Source of the DNA: an uncultured Porphyromonadaceae bacterium
GTDB taxonomy: Bacteria > Bacteroidota > Bacteroidia > Bacteroidales > Barnesiellaceae_A
Assembly (NCBI GenBank): GCA_900538705.1
Contig: UPZG01000001.1
Span: 193,007 to 257,006, forward strand
DNA: 64,000 bases
Direction: 5' to 3'
Position 1 is the stretch's first letter. Each line of letters opens with the position of its first letter. The position numbers were made by a program, and so were the translations under genes. The notes beneath the pieces were generated by a model. That model made no database searches and had not been told where the DNA came from. It saw only the letters and a program-made list of their open reading frames with translations. Positions 8,874 through 19,251 of the stretch are shown here, in pieces.

Positions 8874-11519
8874 TTAAAATTCTTGTCCGAGGATAAAGTG
8901 GAAGTGGCCCCCGCCGCGTTTTCCGAACACTTCGTCGAAGCCGTATGCCCAGTCGATACCCAGCAGACCTATCATGGGGAGGAATACACGGACACCCACA
9001 CCGGCCGACCGTTTCATGGAGAAGGGATTAAAGTCGCGAATGTCGGTCCATGCATTACCTGCCTCAGCAAAGGCGAGACCATATATGGTCGTAGAGGGTT
9101 GAAGCAGGAACGGGAAGTGTAGTTCCAGTGTGAAGCGTGTATAGGCGTAGCCTTCATATCCCCATGGAGTGAAAGCTCCGTTGTCATATCCGCGCATGCC
9201 AATTGTTTCGGTAGCGTAGGTATATGAGCCTGTCATGCCATCACCTCCGACATAGAATGTCTCAAAAGGCGATTTCTTGTAGGGATTGTAGCTTCCGAGC
9301 AATCCAAAGTCGGCTCGAGTCATGAGCACAAGTGTGTATTGATTCTCGGGCGATGTGAGAGGTGTATAGGTGCGGCTCTTGAATTTTATTTTATAGTACT
9401 CTATCCAGCGATACATCTCTTGGCGCGACGCTTCAGTATTCTGTTGCGAGAGAGCCTTGTAGTCTTTCCCGTCGAAGAGCGAATAAGGCGGTGTTACTGT
9501 TGCCGAGAGTGAGAATTGCGAACCTCGACGTGTATATATGGGGTTGTCTATAGAAGTACGTCCCAGCGTAGCTCCAAGGGTGATGCTATGCGACACACCG
9601 TTGTTCATGTAATAGAGGTAGTCCCAATCCTTGAGGATGTATGCTTGATAGCCAAGGTCGAGCATAAAGGTGAAGTAGTCGTCGGGCCATGAGAGACGTT
9701 TCCCGAACGAGAAGTTAATGCCGGCCATCTGTAACGATTTGGAGGGGTCTATGGCATTCTCAAGTTGAGCTTGGTAATACGACTGGTCATAGTAACCGCC
9801 GTAACCTCCATAATAGCCACCGTAGAGGTAGGGGTTGTAGTAATTGTTGTTGTAGAACGAGCTTTCAATACCTGTCTGGCGACTGTAGTAGGCCGATATG
9901 GAGAAAGAGTTGGGTCGTTTGCCACCAAACCATGGGTCGAAGAATGAGATGCTATATGCCTGGTAGTACCGAGCATTGGTCTGGGCACTGATGGTGAATG
10001 TCTGCCCATCTCCTTGTGGAATAATACCTTTGTAGCTTTTGGGATTGAAGAGGTTGCGCATAGAGAAGTTGGTAAACTTCAAGCTCAGCTTACCTATGAT
10101 ACCTGTTTGTCCCCATCCGGCAGAGAATTCAACCTGGTCGTTCGATTTGCTTGTGAGGTTCAGTTCTATGTCAACTGTTCCGTTATCGGGATTGGGTTTG
10201 GGTTGAATGTCCATCGATTCGGGGTCGAAGTGTCCCGTTTGTGCTATTTCACGGGCCGAACGGATAAGTGCACTTTTGTCGAACAGCTCACCGGGTTTGG
10301 TACGTAGCTCTCGGCGTATTACGTGCTCGTAAAGACGGTCGTTACCATTGATGATAACCTTATTGATGCGAGCCTGGGGACCTTCGGTAATCATCATCTC
10401 AAGGTCGATGGAGTCGTTGGCTATATTGGTTTCAAGAGGAATGAGATTGAAGAAGAGGTAGCCGCGGTCCATATATAGGTTCGATACCGCATCCTCATCT
10501 TCGTTGATACGTTTGTTGAGCAGTTTCTGGTTATATACGTCTCCTGCTTTCATGCCGAGGTATGCAGAAAGTACGTCGTTGGTATATATTGTGTTGCCCA
10601 GCCATCTGATATTGCGAATGTGGTATTGGTTACCCTCTTCGATAGAGATGTATATGTCTACTTTGTTCTTATCATAGGGTACAATGCTGTCGCATACGAC
10701 ATAGGCATCGCGGTAGCCTTTCTCGTTGTATTTTTCGGTAAGGACTTGGAGGTCACTTTCAAAATCGCTTTTGACAAATTTCTTCTGCTTGAAGATGGTG
10801 AAGATATTGTCGCGCTCACTGGTTTTCTTCATAGCCCACTTGAGCTTGAAGTCGGAGAAAACGTTATTGCCGTTAAAGTATATGTGGTGTACTTTTATTT
10901 TTTCGTTTTTGTTTACGTTAATGTCGAGTATAACTTCGTTTTTATGGGACAGGTCTTCATGTTGTACCAATTGGACATCAGCGTTATTGAAACCCTTTTC
11001 GTCGAAGTATTTTTTTATAATCATTTCGGCGCGGTCGACGATGTTGGGGGTTATCTGTTGCCCTTTTGCTAAACCGAGACGAGTCTCCAAGTCTTCACGT
11101 TCTCCCTTTTTTACACCGTTGTAATTGATTTGTGAAATGCGAGGTTGGGGTGATAGCCTTATTTCGAGCCAAGCTTTGTCGCCATAGGCTTTGGTCCATA
11201 CGATGGCAACGTCAGAGAACAGTCCTTGTCTCCAAAATCTTTTCACGGCATTGGTGATGTCGTCACCGGGAATCTCTATGCGTTGACCTTTGGAGAGCCC
11301 CGAATAGCCGATGATGATATAATCCTCGTAATTATCGGCACCTACTACAGTGATATCGGCAATTTCGTAAGTGTTGGGTGTCTGTGAATAGACAACTGTA
11401 GGGTTATATATCGTATCGGTTTCGACAGTTTGTGCAGCACTTTGCGGCATGCAGCAAATCGCGATAAAAATTGAGGCAAGTAGTATTTTTATTCTTTGTG
11501 ACATGGATTTACTCAGCAT
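8874..11519 (-). CDS. bamA: Outer membrane protein assembly factor BamA
   Basis: 881 aa with a signal peptide, POTRA-like N-terminal repeats, a Gly/Tyr-rich C-terminal beta-barrel and a C-terminal aromatic residue (...ILGQEF). It sits between uppS and the skp genes. Confidence 0.9.
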   Translation of the reverse strand: MLSKSMSQRIKILLASIFIAICCMPQSAAQTVETDTIYNPTVVYSQTPNTYEIADITVVGADNYEDYIIIGYSGLSKGQRIEIPGDDITNAVKRFWRQGLFSDVAIVWTKAYGDKAWLEIRLSPQPRISQINYNGVKKGEREDLETRLGLAKGQQITPNIVDRAEMIIKKYFDEKGFNNADVQLVQHEDLSHKNEVILDINVNKNEKIKVHHIYFNGNNVFSDFKLKWAMKKTSERDNIFTIFKQKKFVKSDFESDLQVLTEKYNEKGYRDAYVVCDSIVPYDKNKVDIYISIEEGNQYHIRNIRWLGNTIYTNDVLSAYLGMKAGDVYNQKLLNKRINEDEDAVSNLYMDRGYLFFNLIPLETNIANDSIDLEMMITEGPQARINKVIINGNDRLYEHVIRRELRTKPGELFDKSALIRSAREIAQTGHFDPESMDIQPKPNPDNGTVDIELNLTSKSNDQVEFSAGWGQTGIIGKLSLKFTNFSMRNLFNPKSYKGIIPQGDGQTFTISAQTNARYYQAYSISFFDPWFGGKRPNSFSISAYYSRQTGIESSFYNNNYYNPYLYGGYYGGYGGYYDQSYYQAQLENAIDPSKSLQMAGINFSFGKRLSWPDDYFTFMLDLGYQAYILKDWDYLYYMNNGVSHSITLGATLGRTSIDNPIYTRRGSQFSLSATVTPPYSLFDGKDYKALSQQNTEASRQEMYRWIEYYKIKFKSRTYTPLTSPENQYTLVLMTRADFGLLGSYNPYKKSPFETFYVGGDGMTGSYTYATETIGMRGYDNGAFTPWGYEGYAYTRFTLELHFPFLLQPSTTIYGLAFAEAGNAWTDIRDFNPFSMKRSAGVGVRVFLPMIGLLGIDWAYGFDEVFGKRGGGHFHFILGQEF

Positions 11520-11525
11520 CTGAAC

Positions 11526-12275
11526 TTAATCGTTGTTTTGTACTTGTTCACTTGTTTTTCCAAAACGGCGTTCGCGTTTTTGATAATCGATGATGGCTTT
11601 ATACAGACTTTCGTCGGTGAAGTCTGGCCAATATTCGTTGGTGAAATAAAACTCGGCGTAGGCAAGCTGCCACAGCAGGAAGTTACTTATGCGCAGTTCG
11701 CCTCCGGTACGGATGAGCAAATCGGGCTCGGGAAGCGATGCTGTGGTGAGATATGATGCGAAGAGTTTTTCATCAATATGGCTTGGGTCTATAATACCTC
11801 GTGCTGTATCTTGGGCAATACGTCGGGCGGCAGTACTGATTTCCCAGCGAGATGAATAACTGAGCGCCAGATTTAAGATTATGCGAGTGCCTGCAGCCGT
11901 ATCGTCGATACACTTTTGCAGCCGTTTTTGTACCTCGGTCGGCATACGTCCTATATCACCAATAACGCCTAATCTTACGCCATTGGCTATCATGCCTGGT
12001 GTTTCGCGCTCAATGCCAAAGACAACAAGAGACATCAATGCGTCTACCTCTTCTTGTGGACGGTTCCAGTTTTCGGTCGAGAAGGCATATAACGTAAGAC
12101 ATTCCACACCTATGTCGGCAGCAGCGTTGGTTATCTCATGTACCACGTCGAGGCCTTTGCGATGACCTTGTGAGCGGTCAAGATTCCGTTGCTTTGCCCA
12201 CCGTCCGTTACCGTCCATAATTATTGCTACATGGCGCGGAACTGTAGTTTTATCAATTTGTTCTACAAGTGACAT
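11526..12275 (-). CDS. uppS: Isoprenyl transferase (undecaprenyl-diphosphate synthase)
   Basis: Shows HVAIIMDGNGRWAKQR, the ...ENW.RP... motif and ...RTGGE.R.SNFLLWQ. Start moved to the ATG (MSLVEQ) at 12275 to avoid overlapping the upstream gene. Confidence 0.9.
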   Translation of the reverse strand: MSLVEQIDKTTVPRHVAIIMDGNGRWAKQRNLDRSQGHRKGLDVVHEITNAAADIGVECLTLYAFSTENWNRPQEEVDALMSLVVFGIERETPGMIANGVRLGVIGDIGRMPTEVQKRLQKCIDDTAAGTRIILNLALSYSSRWEISTAARRIAQDTARGIIDPSHIDEKLFASYLTTASLPEPDLLIRTGGELRISNFLLWQLAYAEFYFTNEYWPDFTDESLYKAIIDYQKRERRFGKTSEQVQNND

Positions 12276-12298
12276 CTTGCGTTTTATATATCGGTATT

Positions 12299-13018
12299 TT
12301 ATTTTTTCTTTTTCGGATTGGGGCAACCATTGCATGGTAGCGACTTGAACCCGAAGTCGTAGCTTATCGTGAAGACGAGGGTCGAAAACCAGTCGGTATT
12401 CTTCACGAGAGAACTCGGTATCTGGTAGGGGTCGTCGAGTTGTCTCATATCAACTCTGTCACTCAACACCTTGTGCATGGCAAATTCAAGCCCTATGTTC
12501 CATCGTTCGGCGAGTTTGTATTTGATACCTACACCGAAGGGTATGTTTACCGCAAAGAAATTATTGCCCTGGGGGAAGCCACAGCAGAATGCCAGGCCTG
12601 CCGTCAGATAGGGCGATATGCGGCTGGTGTTGAGGTAAGATTTGCCCATACCGTAATTAAAAAAATTAAATTCGGCACGACAGCCTGCGTCGAAGAGTGT
12701 CGTGTTGAATTTGTAGGTTTCCCCGCCGGGAAACACGTTGCTGTGGTCGGCACTGTTGCCTGACAGCATGGCTGCTGATAAATTAGCCCTGATAGCCCAC
12801 CTGTAATTTATTACGTAACGAAACAAGAAGCCTCCCGTAAATCCCGGTCGATATATGACCGATGCTTCGTTGGCGTCACCCCAGTAGCTACTGATACCCG
12901 CCTCGGCACCTATTTCGTATTTATAATCTTGTGCTGTTGCCTTTTGTGTTGTACAAAAGAACAGACACATTACAATCCATACAGGTAAATACCTTATATT
13001 TTCCATCTTATCGCTCAT
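12299..13018 (-). CDS. Outer-membrane beta-barrel-type protein (recalled as DUF6089-like; family name unverified)
   Basis: Has a signal peptide ending ...TQKATAQ, then alternating aromatic/Gly beta-strand pattern (YEIGAEAGISSYWGD ... FGVGIKYKL ... TLVFTISYDFG). Confidence 0.65.
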   Translation of the reverse strand: MSDKMENIRYLPVWIVMCLFFCTTQKATAQDYKYEIGAEAGISSYWGDANEASVIYRPGFTGGFLFRYVINYRWAIRANLSAAMLSGNSADHSNVFPGGETYKFNTTLFDAGCRAEFNFFNYGMGKSYLNTSRISPYLTAGLAFCCGFPQGNNFFAVNIPFGVGIKYKLAERWNIGLEFAMHKVLSDRVDMRQLDDPYQIPSSLVKNTDWFSTLVFTISYDFGFKSLPCNGCPNPKKKK

Positions 13019-13079
13019 CGCTTCTCTATTTTATGTAGAAACGCGAGAAAAACGCGAAAAGTATTTCGAGACGCATATT

Positions 13080-14540
13080 TTAAGGTATTGGTTCAAAACG
13101 CAACCTGTTTATTACACCCCGCCATATTTGGTCGTAGACAACGTTGTCGCGACTGATGCCGCCAAACATGTATATATATGGTATGAGATGTTCTGATGAA
13201 GCAGTGCGTAAGGGCATGGAGCGGTAGCCTGCAGGTATGGTGGGCTCGTCCATGCGATACCATTGGTCGGGTGTGGTATTGGCCGGCTCTTCACATATGA
13301 CTACCGATGCGTAAGAGCGGGGCAAAATGTATGCCGGCATTTGCATCAATGTTTCGGCTTTCTGCCATAATACGCCGTAATTGGATGTAATCCATACGTC
13401 GTTGAGTGTCGTTTGGCCGTTTTTGCCGCCAATGATAAACCATGCAGTTTGTTCGGTAGTCACCCAGTTGTCGTCTACTATAAATGTAACGTAAGGGAAG
13501 AGCATGGCTCCTTCTCGAGGTGGTATGTTATTGCTCAGTATAGCCCATGTTGTGCCGTCGTATCCCCACATGGCTCCGGTTAGAGAACCGTTTGCGAGGC
13601 GACCTCCTACTATCATACCTTGTGGAGCGGTCATCCATGTCGATGAGTATATGAGCATTTCGCTCATGCCGCTGATGGGGAAGGATGAGGATATAGGGGT
13701 AGGAGTATATCCTTCGGGACGCGGGTATTTGTCGTGGTAATAAGAGCCGTTTTCTTTACTTATCAACAACATGCAGTTATCCCACTCGCCCAGTATGGCA
13801 GCATAAGTACCGCCTATGGCTGTCCACGTAATTGCATCGGTCGATGAGTAGAGCGTGCCTTCTGCGTCAAGCATATAGAGTGCATTATCGGCTACGCGTA
13901 TAGATGTTAGGTCGGGCGTAAAATTGAGTGCCAGTTCGGTAACGGTCCATTGCTCTTTAGGAGAAAGGGCTGTAGCTACCTGATATACTCCATCACGTTG
14001 CATGAAGCAGTATAGCATTCCGTTGTATTGTACTGTTTTTTGACTTTGTAGTGAGCCGTTGCCAGGCAGGGAGCCATAGCTCATGCCCCCCCATGATAGA
14101 AGGTCGGCATCGACAGTATGTACATTGACCGTGATGGTGTATTTCTTGGAATTGTTGCCACTCTGTGATACAACCTCCATTGTTACCGGTGAGGTGAAGT
14201 CTATTTTTGTATCGTCAGACTTTACATAATCGAAAGTTGTGCCATCGGCTTGAGTTACGATGGCCGATGATGCTCCTTCAAAGGAGATGGTAGCTGCCAA
14301 ACTCGATACATCGGTGCCACGGGGTAATGAGTCGGCGTTGAATATCAGTCCGTTTTCAAGGTCTATTGTAAAAAATACATTATTCAGATTATCCAGTACT
14401 GCTGTATCGGCAGCTAGAGAAAACGCCGATACGCGCACACTGTCAGACAAGACGGTAGGTTCCGTTTCTTCCTTCTTGCAAGCCGAGAAAAGGGCAATGG
14501 CGGCGAGAAAAAAAAGGATATACTTTACTTTTCCTTTCAT
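13080..14540 (-). CDS. Hypothetical lipoprotein, probably beta-propeller-like
   Basis: The internal ATG at 14540 gives MKGKVKYILFFLAAIALFSAC, a lipoprotein signal with a lipobox Cys. The track's 62-codon 5' extension lacks any signal. The body has repeated W/Y/G-rich segments. Function unknown. Confidence 0.6.
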   Translation of the reverse strand: MKGKVKYILFFLAAIALFSACKKEETEPTVLSDSVRVSAFSLAADTAVLDNLNNVFFTIDLENGLIFNADSLPRGTDVSSLAATISFEGASSAIVTQADGTTFDYVKSDDTKIDFTSPVTMEVVSQSGNNSKKYTITVNVHTVDADLLSWGGMSYGSLPGNGSLQSQKTVQYNGMLYCFMQRDGVYQVATALSPKEQWTVTELALNFTPDLTSIRVADNALYMLDAEGTLYSSTDAITWTAIGGTYAAILGEWDNCMLLISKENGSYYHDKYPRPEGYTPTPISSSFPISGMSEMLIYSSTWMTAPQGMIVGGRLANGSLTGAMWGYDGTTWAILSNNIPPREGAMLFPYVTFIVDDNWVTTEQTAWFIIGGKNGQTTLNDVWITSNYGVLWQKAETLMQMPAYILPRSYASVVICEEPANTTPDQWYRMDEPTIPAGYRSMPLRTASSEHLIPYIYMFGGISRDNVVYDQIWRGVINRLRFEPIP

Positions 14541-14741
14541 TCTGTGACACTTTTGATACTTATATTCATATACGAACGACAAAGGTAACAACTTTTTTGG
14601 CTTCGGTCTATTTATCTTCTTACAATTATAATAATTTAGAGATAGTAAGGTTGCAAAAAAGGCAAAAAATAGTTTTTGACGAGGTCTGAAGCCGAGAAAA
14701 TAGCGGTTTTCGGCGACTTTTATCATATAAACGTACCGATT

Positions 14742-15833
14742 TTACCGATGAGCCATGATAGTGGTATATCTACCGCACGAATGAACATTTATTTGCATTT
14801 CGCGCCCCTTGATATATGGGGCGGCGATACCTTCGTGCAGCAGTAGCGGTGTTGTTTCTATGCGGGCTTCATCCCAAAGTTGGGCGTCGATAAACGATTG
14901 TAATAGGTGCGCACCGCCTTCTACTACTAAACTTTGTATTTTACGACGTACCAGCTCGGGTATTAGTGCCTTTATGGCATCGTCTTCGGGTGACAAAGGC
15001 AGAAGATCGACAGCGGGTGAGTCGCAACGTCCCACGATAAGAGTAGGTGCCGTCCCGTCCAAGATGTGTGCATTGGCAGGAATTGAACCCTTGCGGTCTA
15101 TCGCAATGCGGAGCGGATTTTTGCCACTCCAATAGCGCGTAGTTAGAGAAGGATTGTCGGCTATGGCTGTGCGTGAACCTACTAAAATGGCGTCACATGT
15201 TGCTCGCAGGCGATGTGCCCACAGACGTGTGACGGTATCTGATAGTATGGTTGGAGGCTCGCTGTCATCTCTATGACGGTCTATAAAACCATCGGCACTT
15301 TGTGCCCATTTGAGAATGATATATGGACGACCCTTTTCTTGAAATGTCATGAAAAACCGATTTAAAGCCCGGCATTCATCTTCAAGTATGCCTGTTATGA
15401 CTTCTATGCCTTGTTCGCGTAGTCTGTTGATTCCTCTACCCGATACTTGGGGAAAAGGGTCGGTACAACCTACTACGACACGAGGAATATGTTGAGATAT
15501 AATTAGCTCGCAACAGGGCGGTGTCTTGCCATAGTGCGAGCAGGGCTCGAGCGATACGTATAGTGTCGATTTTGTCAGCAGGCTTTTGTCGCGTACCGAG
15601 TTGATGGCGTTTACTTCGGCATGAGCTTCTCCGCAACAGCGATGGTAGCCTTCGCCTATGATGCGGCTGTTGTATACTATCACAGCTCCCACCATAGGAT
15701 TGGGCGATGTATGTCCTTGTGCCAAAGCTGCTAATTGCAGGCAGCGACGCATATAAAACTCGTGACTGCCGGCAAGTATTTTCCTTGTACTGTACCCGAC
15801 TGTTCCCAGTGATGGATTGAAAGATATTTCCAT
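14742..15833 (-). CDS. ribD: Bifunctional riboflavin biosynthesis deaminase/reductase
   Basis: Deaminase zinc motifs HAEVNAI and PCSHYGKTPPC are present, followed by a C-terminal reductase domain (ILKWAQSADGFI ... VEGG). Confidence 0.9.
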   Translation of the reverse strand: MEISFNPSLGTVGYSTRKILAGSHEFYMRRCLQLAALAQGHTSPNPMVGAVIVYNSRIIGEGYHRCCGEAHAEVNAINSVRDKSLLTKSTLYVSLEPCSHYGKTPPCCELIISQHIPRVVVGCTDPFPQVSGRGINRLREQGIEVITGILEDECRALNRFFMTFQEKGRPYIILKWAQSADGFIDRHRDDSEPPTILSDTVTRLWAHRLRATCDAILVGSRTAIADNPSLTTRYWSGKNPLRIAIDRKGSIPANAHILDGTAPTLIVGRCDSPAVDLLPLSPEDDAIKALIPELVRRKIQSLVVEGGAHLLQSFIDAQLWDEARIETTPLLLHEGIAAPYIKGREMQINVHSCGRYTTIMAHR

Positions 15834-15861
15834 ATAATTTTTTTACTTTCTTTATTTCTAT

Positions 15862-15869
15862 TATCTTTG
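15862..15869 (+). promoter_or_regulatory. Candidate Bacteroides-type -7 box TATCTTTG upstream of prmC
   Basis: Matches the TAnnTTTG consensus, 80 nt upstream of the prmC ATG, in the divergent ribD/prmC intergenic region. Confidence 0.4.
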
Positions 15870-15948
15870 CACGCAGCTTGTACGACCGTACAAAGCCTAC
15901 TCCAAATAATGTCTACAACTTTGTAAGTGTAAATGAGAGCATAAAGTT

Positions 15949-16800
15949 ATGCAGTACTCTCTCGATTTGATACGCACAACGCTACGCGGTTTGTATCCAC
16001 CGGGCGAGATAGCAAGTTTCACCCGTATGATATTGGAGGAGTTGTGCGGATTTACGACAGTCGACATCATTCTGCACAAAGATACTATTCTTCGGGATGA
16101 GATTCATAAAAAAATTGCATCAATTGTAGAGAGGTTGTCACATTACGAACCCATACAATATGTTTTGGGGTCTACTATGTTCTGTGGACGGCGTTTCGCT
16201 GTGGGTAAGGGAGTACTGATACCTCGCCCCGAGACCGAAGAGTTGGTCGACTGCATTATACGACAAAACCAGCATAAGAAGCCCGAGTATATAGCCGATT
16301 ATTGTACAGGTAGTGGTTGTATTGCCATTACGTTAGCAAAGGCTTGGGAACATGTATGTGTAGAGGGATGGGATATTTCGGATGAGGCTTTGGCGTATGC
16401 TCGTCGCAATGCATGTGATAACGAAGCCGATGTAGAGTGGGGTATAAGGGATGTATTGGCTTACGAGCCGCAGGATAAGGAATGTTACGATGTTGTGGTG
16501 AGTAATCCACCTTATGTACTCGAAAGTGAAAAGGTGACTATGGAACATAATGTTTTAGACTATGAGCCACATAATGCTCTCTTTGTACCTGATGAAAACC
16601 CTTTATTGTTCTACGAGGCCATAGCCCGAATAGCTCAGAGCGAGTTGCGACCCGGTGGAAAACTTTATTTTGAGATAAATAGTCGCATGGGTGATGCTTG
16701 CCGTAGCCTGTTGCAGAACAAAGGATGGAAAGAAATTGTAATATATAAAGACTTTTCGGGATTCGATCGTATTATAAAAGCCGAAAAACAGAATTGTTAA
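15949..16800 (+). CDS. prmC: Peptide chain release factor N(5)-glutamine methyltransferase
   Basis: 283 aa with the SAM-binding segment DYCTGSGCIA and the catalytic VVSNPPY motif. Confidence 0.88.
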   Translation: MQYSLDLIRTTLRGLYPPGEIASFTRMILEELCGFTTVDIILHKDTILRDEIHKKIASIVERLSHYEPIQYVLGSTMFCGRRFAVGKGVLIPRPETEELVDCIIRQNQHKKPEYIADYCTGSGCIAITLAKAWEHVCVEGWDISDEALAYARRNACDNEADVEWGIRDVLAYEPQDKECYDVVVSNPPYVLESEKVTMEHNVLDYEPHNALFVPDENPLLFYEAIARIAQSELRPGGKLYFEINSRMGDACRSLLQNKGWKEIVIYKDFSGFDRIIKAEKQNC

Positions 16801-16822
16801 ATACTAACTTTAAGAACACAAT

Positions 16823-17314
16823 ATGCCTGATACAATTACCCGCGATGAAGCGTATCGCAAACTTGCTGCACGCTGCTCGACAAAAGAGTGTTGCATTGCG
16901 GAAGTACGTGAGAAATTACATAACTGGAATATTCCTCGCAAGGAGGAAGAGAGCATCGTAGAGCAGTTGGTAAAAGAAAACTTTATCGATGAAGCTCGTT
17001 ATTGTAGAGCTTTTGCACAAGACCAGTTCCGTTTCTCGGGATGGGGACGCATAAAGATAGGTTATACGTTGAGACAAAAACAGATAGACCCTCTTACGGT
17101 ATCACAGTCGATGAAGGTTATAGATGAGACAGAATATACCGAAGCCTTACGTCGTATCTTGAAAAGCAAGTGCCGTGGGTTGAAAGCGGTAGACCCATCA
17201 TTACAAGGCGATAAATTGATGCGTTTTGCCGTATCACGAGGGTTTGAAATAGACCTCATCAAAAAATGCCTGCGGGAGCTATCGTTGGAATGTACGGTTG
17301 GCTCAGAGATATAG
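16823..17314 (+). CDS. recX: RecX family regulatory protein
   Basis: 163 aa with RecX-like helical repeats (…EVREKLHNWNI…EQLVKENFIDEARYCRAFAQDQFRFSGWGRIKI…). Confidence 0.8.
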   Translation: MPDTITRDEAYRKLAARCSTKECCIAEVREKLHNWNIPRKEEESIVEQLVKENFIDEARYCRAFAQDQFRFSGWGRIKIGYTLRQKQIDPLTVSQSMKVIDETEYTEALRRILKSKCRGLKAVDPSLQGDKLMRFAVSRGFEIDLIKKCLRELSLECTVGSEI

Positions 17315-17979
17315 GCGACTTTTTCTTCCCGCGATGCTGTATGGTGTGCGGGAGAGTCTTGCTGCACGATGAAGATTTCTTGTGTAGCCATTGTTTGGTG
17401 GGATTGCCTCGTACAGATTATTGCAGTATGCCTGACAATCCGATGGAACAACTTTTTTATGGCAAGTTGCTTGTTGTGCATTGTGCTGCGTATTTTTTCT
17501 TTGCCGATGGCGGTGATGGGCGGCGACTCATACATCGCATCAAGTATGATGGGGCGAAGGAATGTGGGGCTTATCTCGGAAACTTATTTGCCCGCGAGAA
17601 CGCTGTAACAGGATTTTTCTCTGGAATAGATTATATTGTGCCCGTGCCACTTCATCCTCATAAACTGCGCCGGCGAGGTTATAACCAAAGCGAGTGGATA
17701 GCACAAGGAATAGCTGATGCAACGGGTATACCGCTATGTACTGATTTGCTTGAGTGTGTTACAGACAAGCAGTCGCAAACCCGTAAAGGAATATATGACC
17801 GTTGGCTTTCTACGCATGAGGCTTTCGAGGCACATGATGGAATAGTTTCTTCCGATGCCCATGTTTTACTTGTCGATGATGTAGTAACAACAGGTGCTAC
17901 GTTGCTGGCGTGCGGAGAAGCTTTGCGCAGAGTAGGCATAAACCGTCTCAGTATTTGTGCACTGTCGTTGGCAAAATAG
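17290..17979 (+). CDS. ComF family protein (phosphoribosyltransferase-type)
   Basis: Has the N-terminal zinc-finger-like FPRCCMVCG...CSHC and the C-terminal PRTase motif VLLVDDVVTTGATL. The start is ambiguous (ATG at 17266 or 17290); either choice overlaps the recX end. Confidence 0.8.
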   Translation: MYGWLRDIGDFFFPRCCMVCGRVLLHDEDFLCSHCLVGLPRTDYCSMPDNPMEQLFYGKLLVVHCAAYFFFADGGDGRRLIHRIKYDGAKECGAYLGNLFARENAVTGFFSGIDYIVPVPLHPHKLRRRGYNQSEWIAQGIADATGIPLCTDLLECVTDKQSQTRKGIYDRWLSTHEAFEAHDGIVSSDAHVLLVDDVVTTGATLLACGEALRRVGINRLSICALSLAK

Positions 17980-18059
17980 TTATTGCAGGCTCTTTGTCCC
18001 TGTAATAAAAAAGGGAGTCGAAATGTACTAACTGCTTAGGTTTATTCTTATACTTTTTG

Positions 18060-18067
18060 TACCTTTG
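18060..18067 (+). promoter_or_regulatory. Candidate -7 box TACCTTTG upstream of pyrE
   Basis: Matches TAnnTTTG, 30 nt upstream of the pyrE ATG. Confidence 0.45.
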
Positions 18068-18096
18068 CGGAACAAATCAAAAAAATTCCCCCAAAA

Positions 18097-18750
18097 ATGA
18101 AAAGCGTAGAAAAATTGCTGGCAGAGAAATTACTCGGCATTTGTGCTATTAAGTTACAACCCGCAAACCCGTTTGTATGGGCATCGGGATGGAACTCTCC
18201 TATTTATACCGATAACCGCCGCACCCTGTCGTATCCCGAGGTGCGCAGCTTTATTAAGGTAGAGCTGTGTCGTCTTATTCTTGAGAACTTCCCCGAGGTA
18301 CAGGCTATTGCAGGTGTTGCCACGGGCGCTATCGCTCAAGGTGCGTTGGTTGCCGATACGCTGGGACTCCCGTACGTATATGTGCGTTCAGCACCTAAAG
18401 ACCACGGATTGGAGAACCTCATAGAAGGGGCTTTGAAACCCGGACAGAAAGTTGTTGTCATAGAAGATCTTGTTTCGACCGGAAGCAGCAGTATCAAAGC
18501 TGTTGAGAGTATACGTAATGCCGGTTGTGAAGTGATAGGTATGGCTGCTATATTTACCTACGGTTTCCCCGAAGCAACACGTCGCTTCAAGGCTGCCAAC
18601 GTAGAACTTGTAACGTTGAGTAACTACAATGCCATGCTCGAAGTAGCCCTTGACACTAACTACATCGCTGCCGAGGAGCTGGAAACGTTGCAAGAGTGGC
18701 GCAAAGACCCTGCCAACTGGGGGCTTGACCATGCAGATGCCAAAATCTGA
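18097..18750 (+). CDS. pyrE: Orotate phosphoribosyltransferase
   Basis: 217 aa with the PRPP-binding motif VVVIEDLVSTGSSS and an OPRTase-like N-terminus. Confidence 0.9.
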   Translation: MKSVEKLLAEKLLGICAIKLQPANPFVWASGWNSPIYTDNRRTLSYPEVRSFIKVELCRLILENFPEVQAIAGVATGAIAQGALVADTLGLPYVYVRSAPKDHGLENLIEGALKPGQKVVVIEDLVSTGSSSIKAVESIRNAGCEVIGMAAIFTYGFPEATRRFKAANVELVTLSNYNAMLEVALDTNYIAAEELETLQEWRKDPANWGLDHADAKI

Positions 18751-18760
18751 TATTAAAGAA

Positions 18761-19195
18761 ATGGGTACAGAAACTTTTGAAAGTATAATTACGCATATAC
18801 CGTCTCCTATCGAGGCGGTATATGCCACTTTATCCGATTTGAATAATGTTGGCCGACTGCGCAATGCCATACCCGACGATCGTGCTCAACAGATAAAAGA
18901 TATGCGGTTCGATGCCGATTCGTGCACTATATCGGTTGAGCCAGTGGGCGAGCTAACCTTTCGTATCGTTATGCGCGAACCTCATAAAACCATCAAGTTT
19001 ACTGCAGAAAATTCACCCGTACCTTTATTTTTGTGGATTCAATTGGTGGCAGTAGACGAGATGAATACTAAATGCCGGATTACGGTGAAGGCTGATGTAA
19101 ATCCGTTCTTGAAAACGATGATTGCCAAACCAATGAAAGAGGGTATAGATCGCATGGCACAAGCATTGGCTGTAATACCTTATAATAAATTGTAA
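18761..19195 (+). CDS. SRPBCC (START/Bet v1-like) family protein
   Basis: Start chosen at MGTETFESIITHIPSPIEAVYATLSDLNNV, which is typical of this small family. The track ORF (from 18650) overlaps pyrE by 100 nt in another frame. Confidence 0.7.
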   Translation: MGTETFESIITHIPSPIEAVYATLSDLNNVGRLRNAIPDDRAQQIKDMRFDADSCTISVEPVGELTFRIVMREPHKTIKFTAENSPVPLFLWIQLVAVDEMNTKCRITVKADVNPFLKTMIAKPMKEGIDRMAQALAVIPYNKL

Positions 19196-19251
19196 GCATA
19201 CGTGCCTGCAACTCCTCCCGCGGGCGGGCAATACCAAATAATAACCCTTTA

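Noticed and set aside
15834-15948. Possible FMN riboswitch upstream of ribD
   Set aside because: The divergent ribD/prmC spacer is only about 115 nt. It must already hold two promoters and is too short for an FMN aptamer plus expression platform. I saw no conserved FMN-element core sequences.
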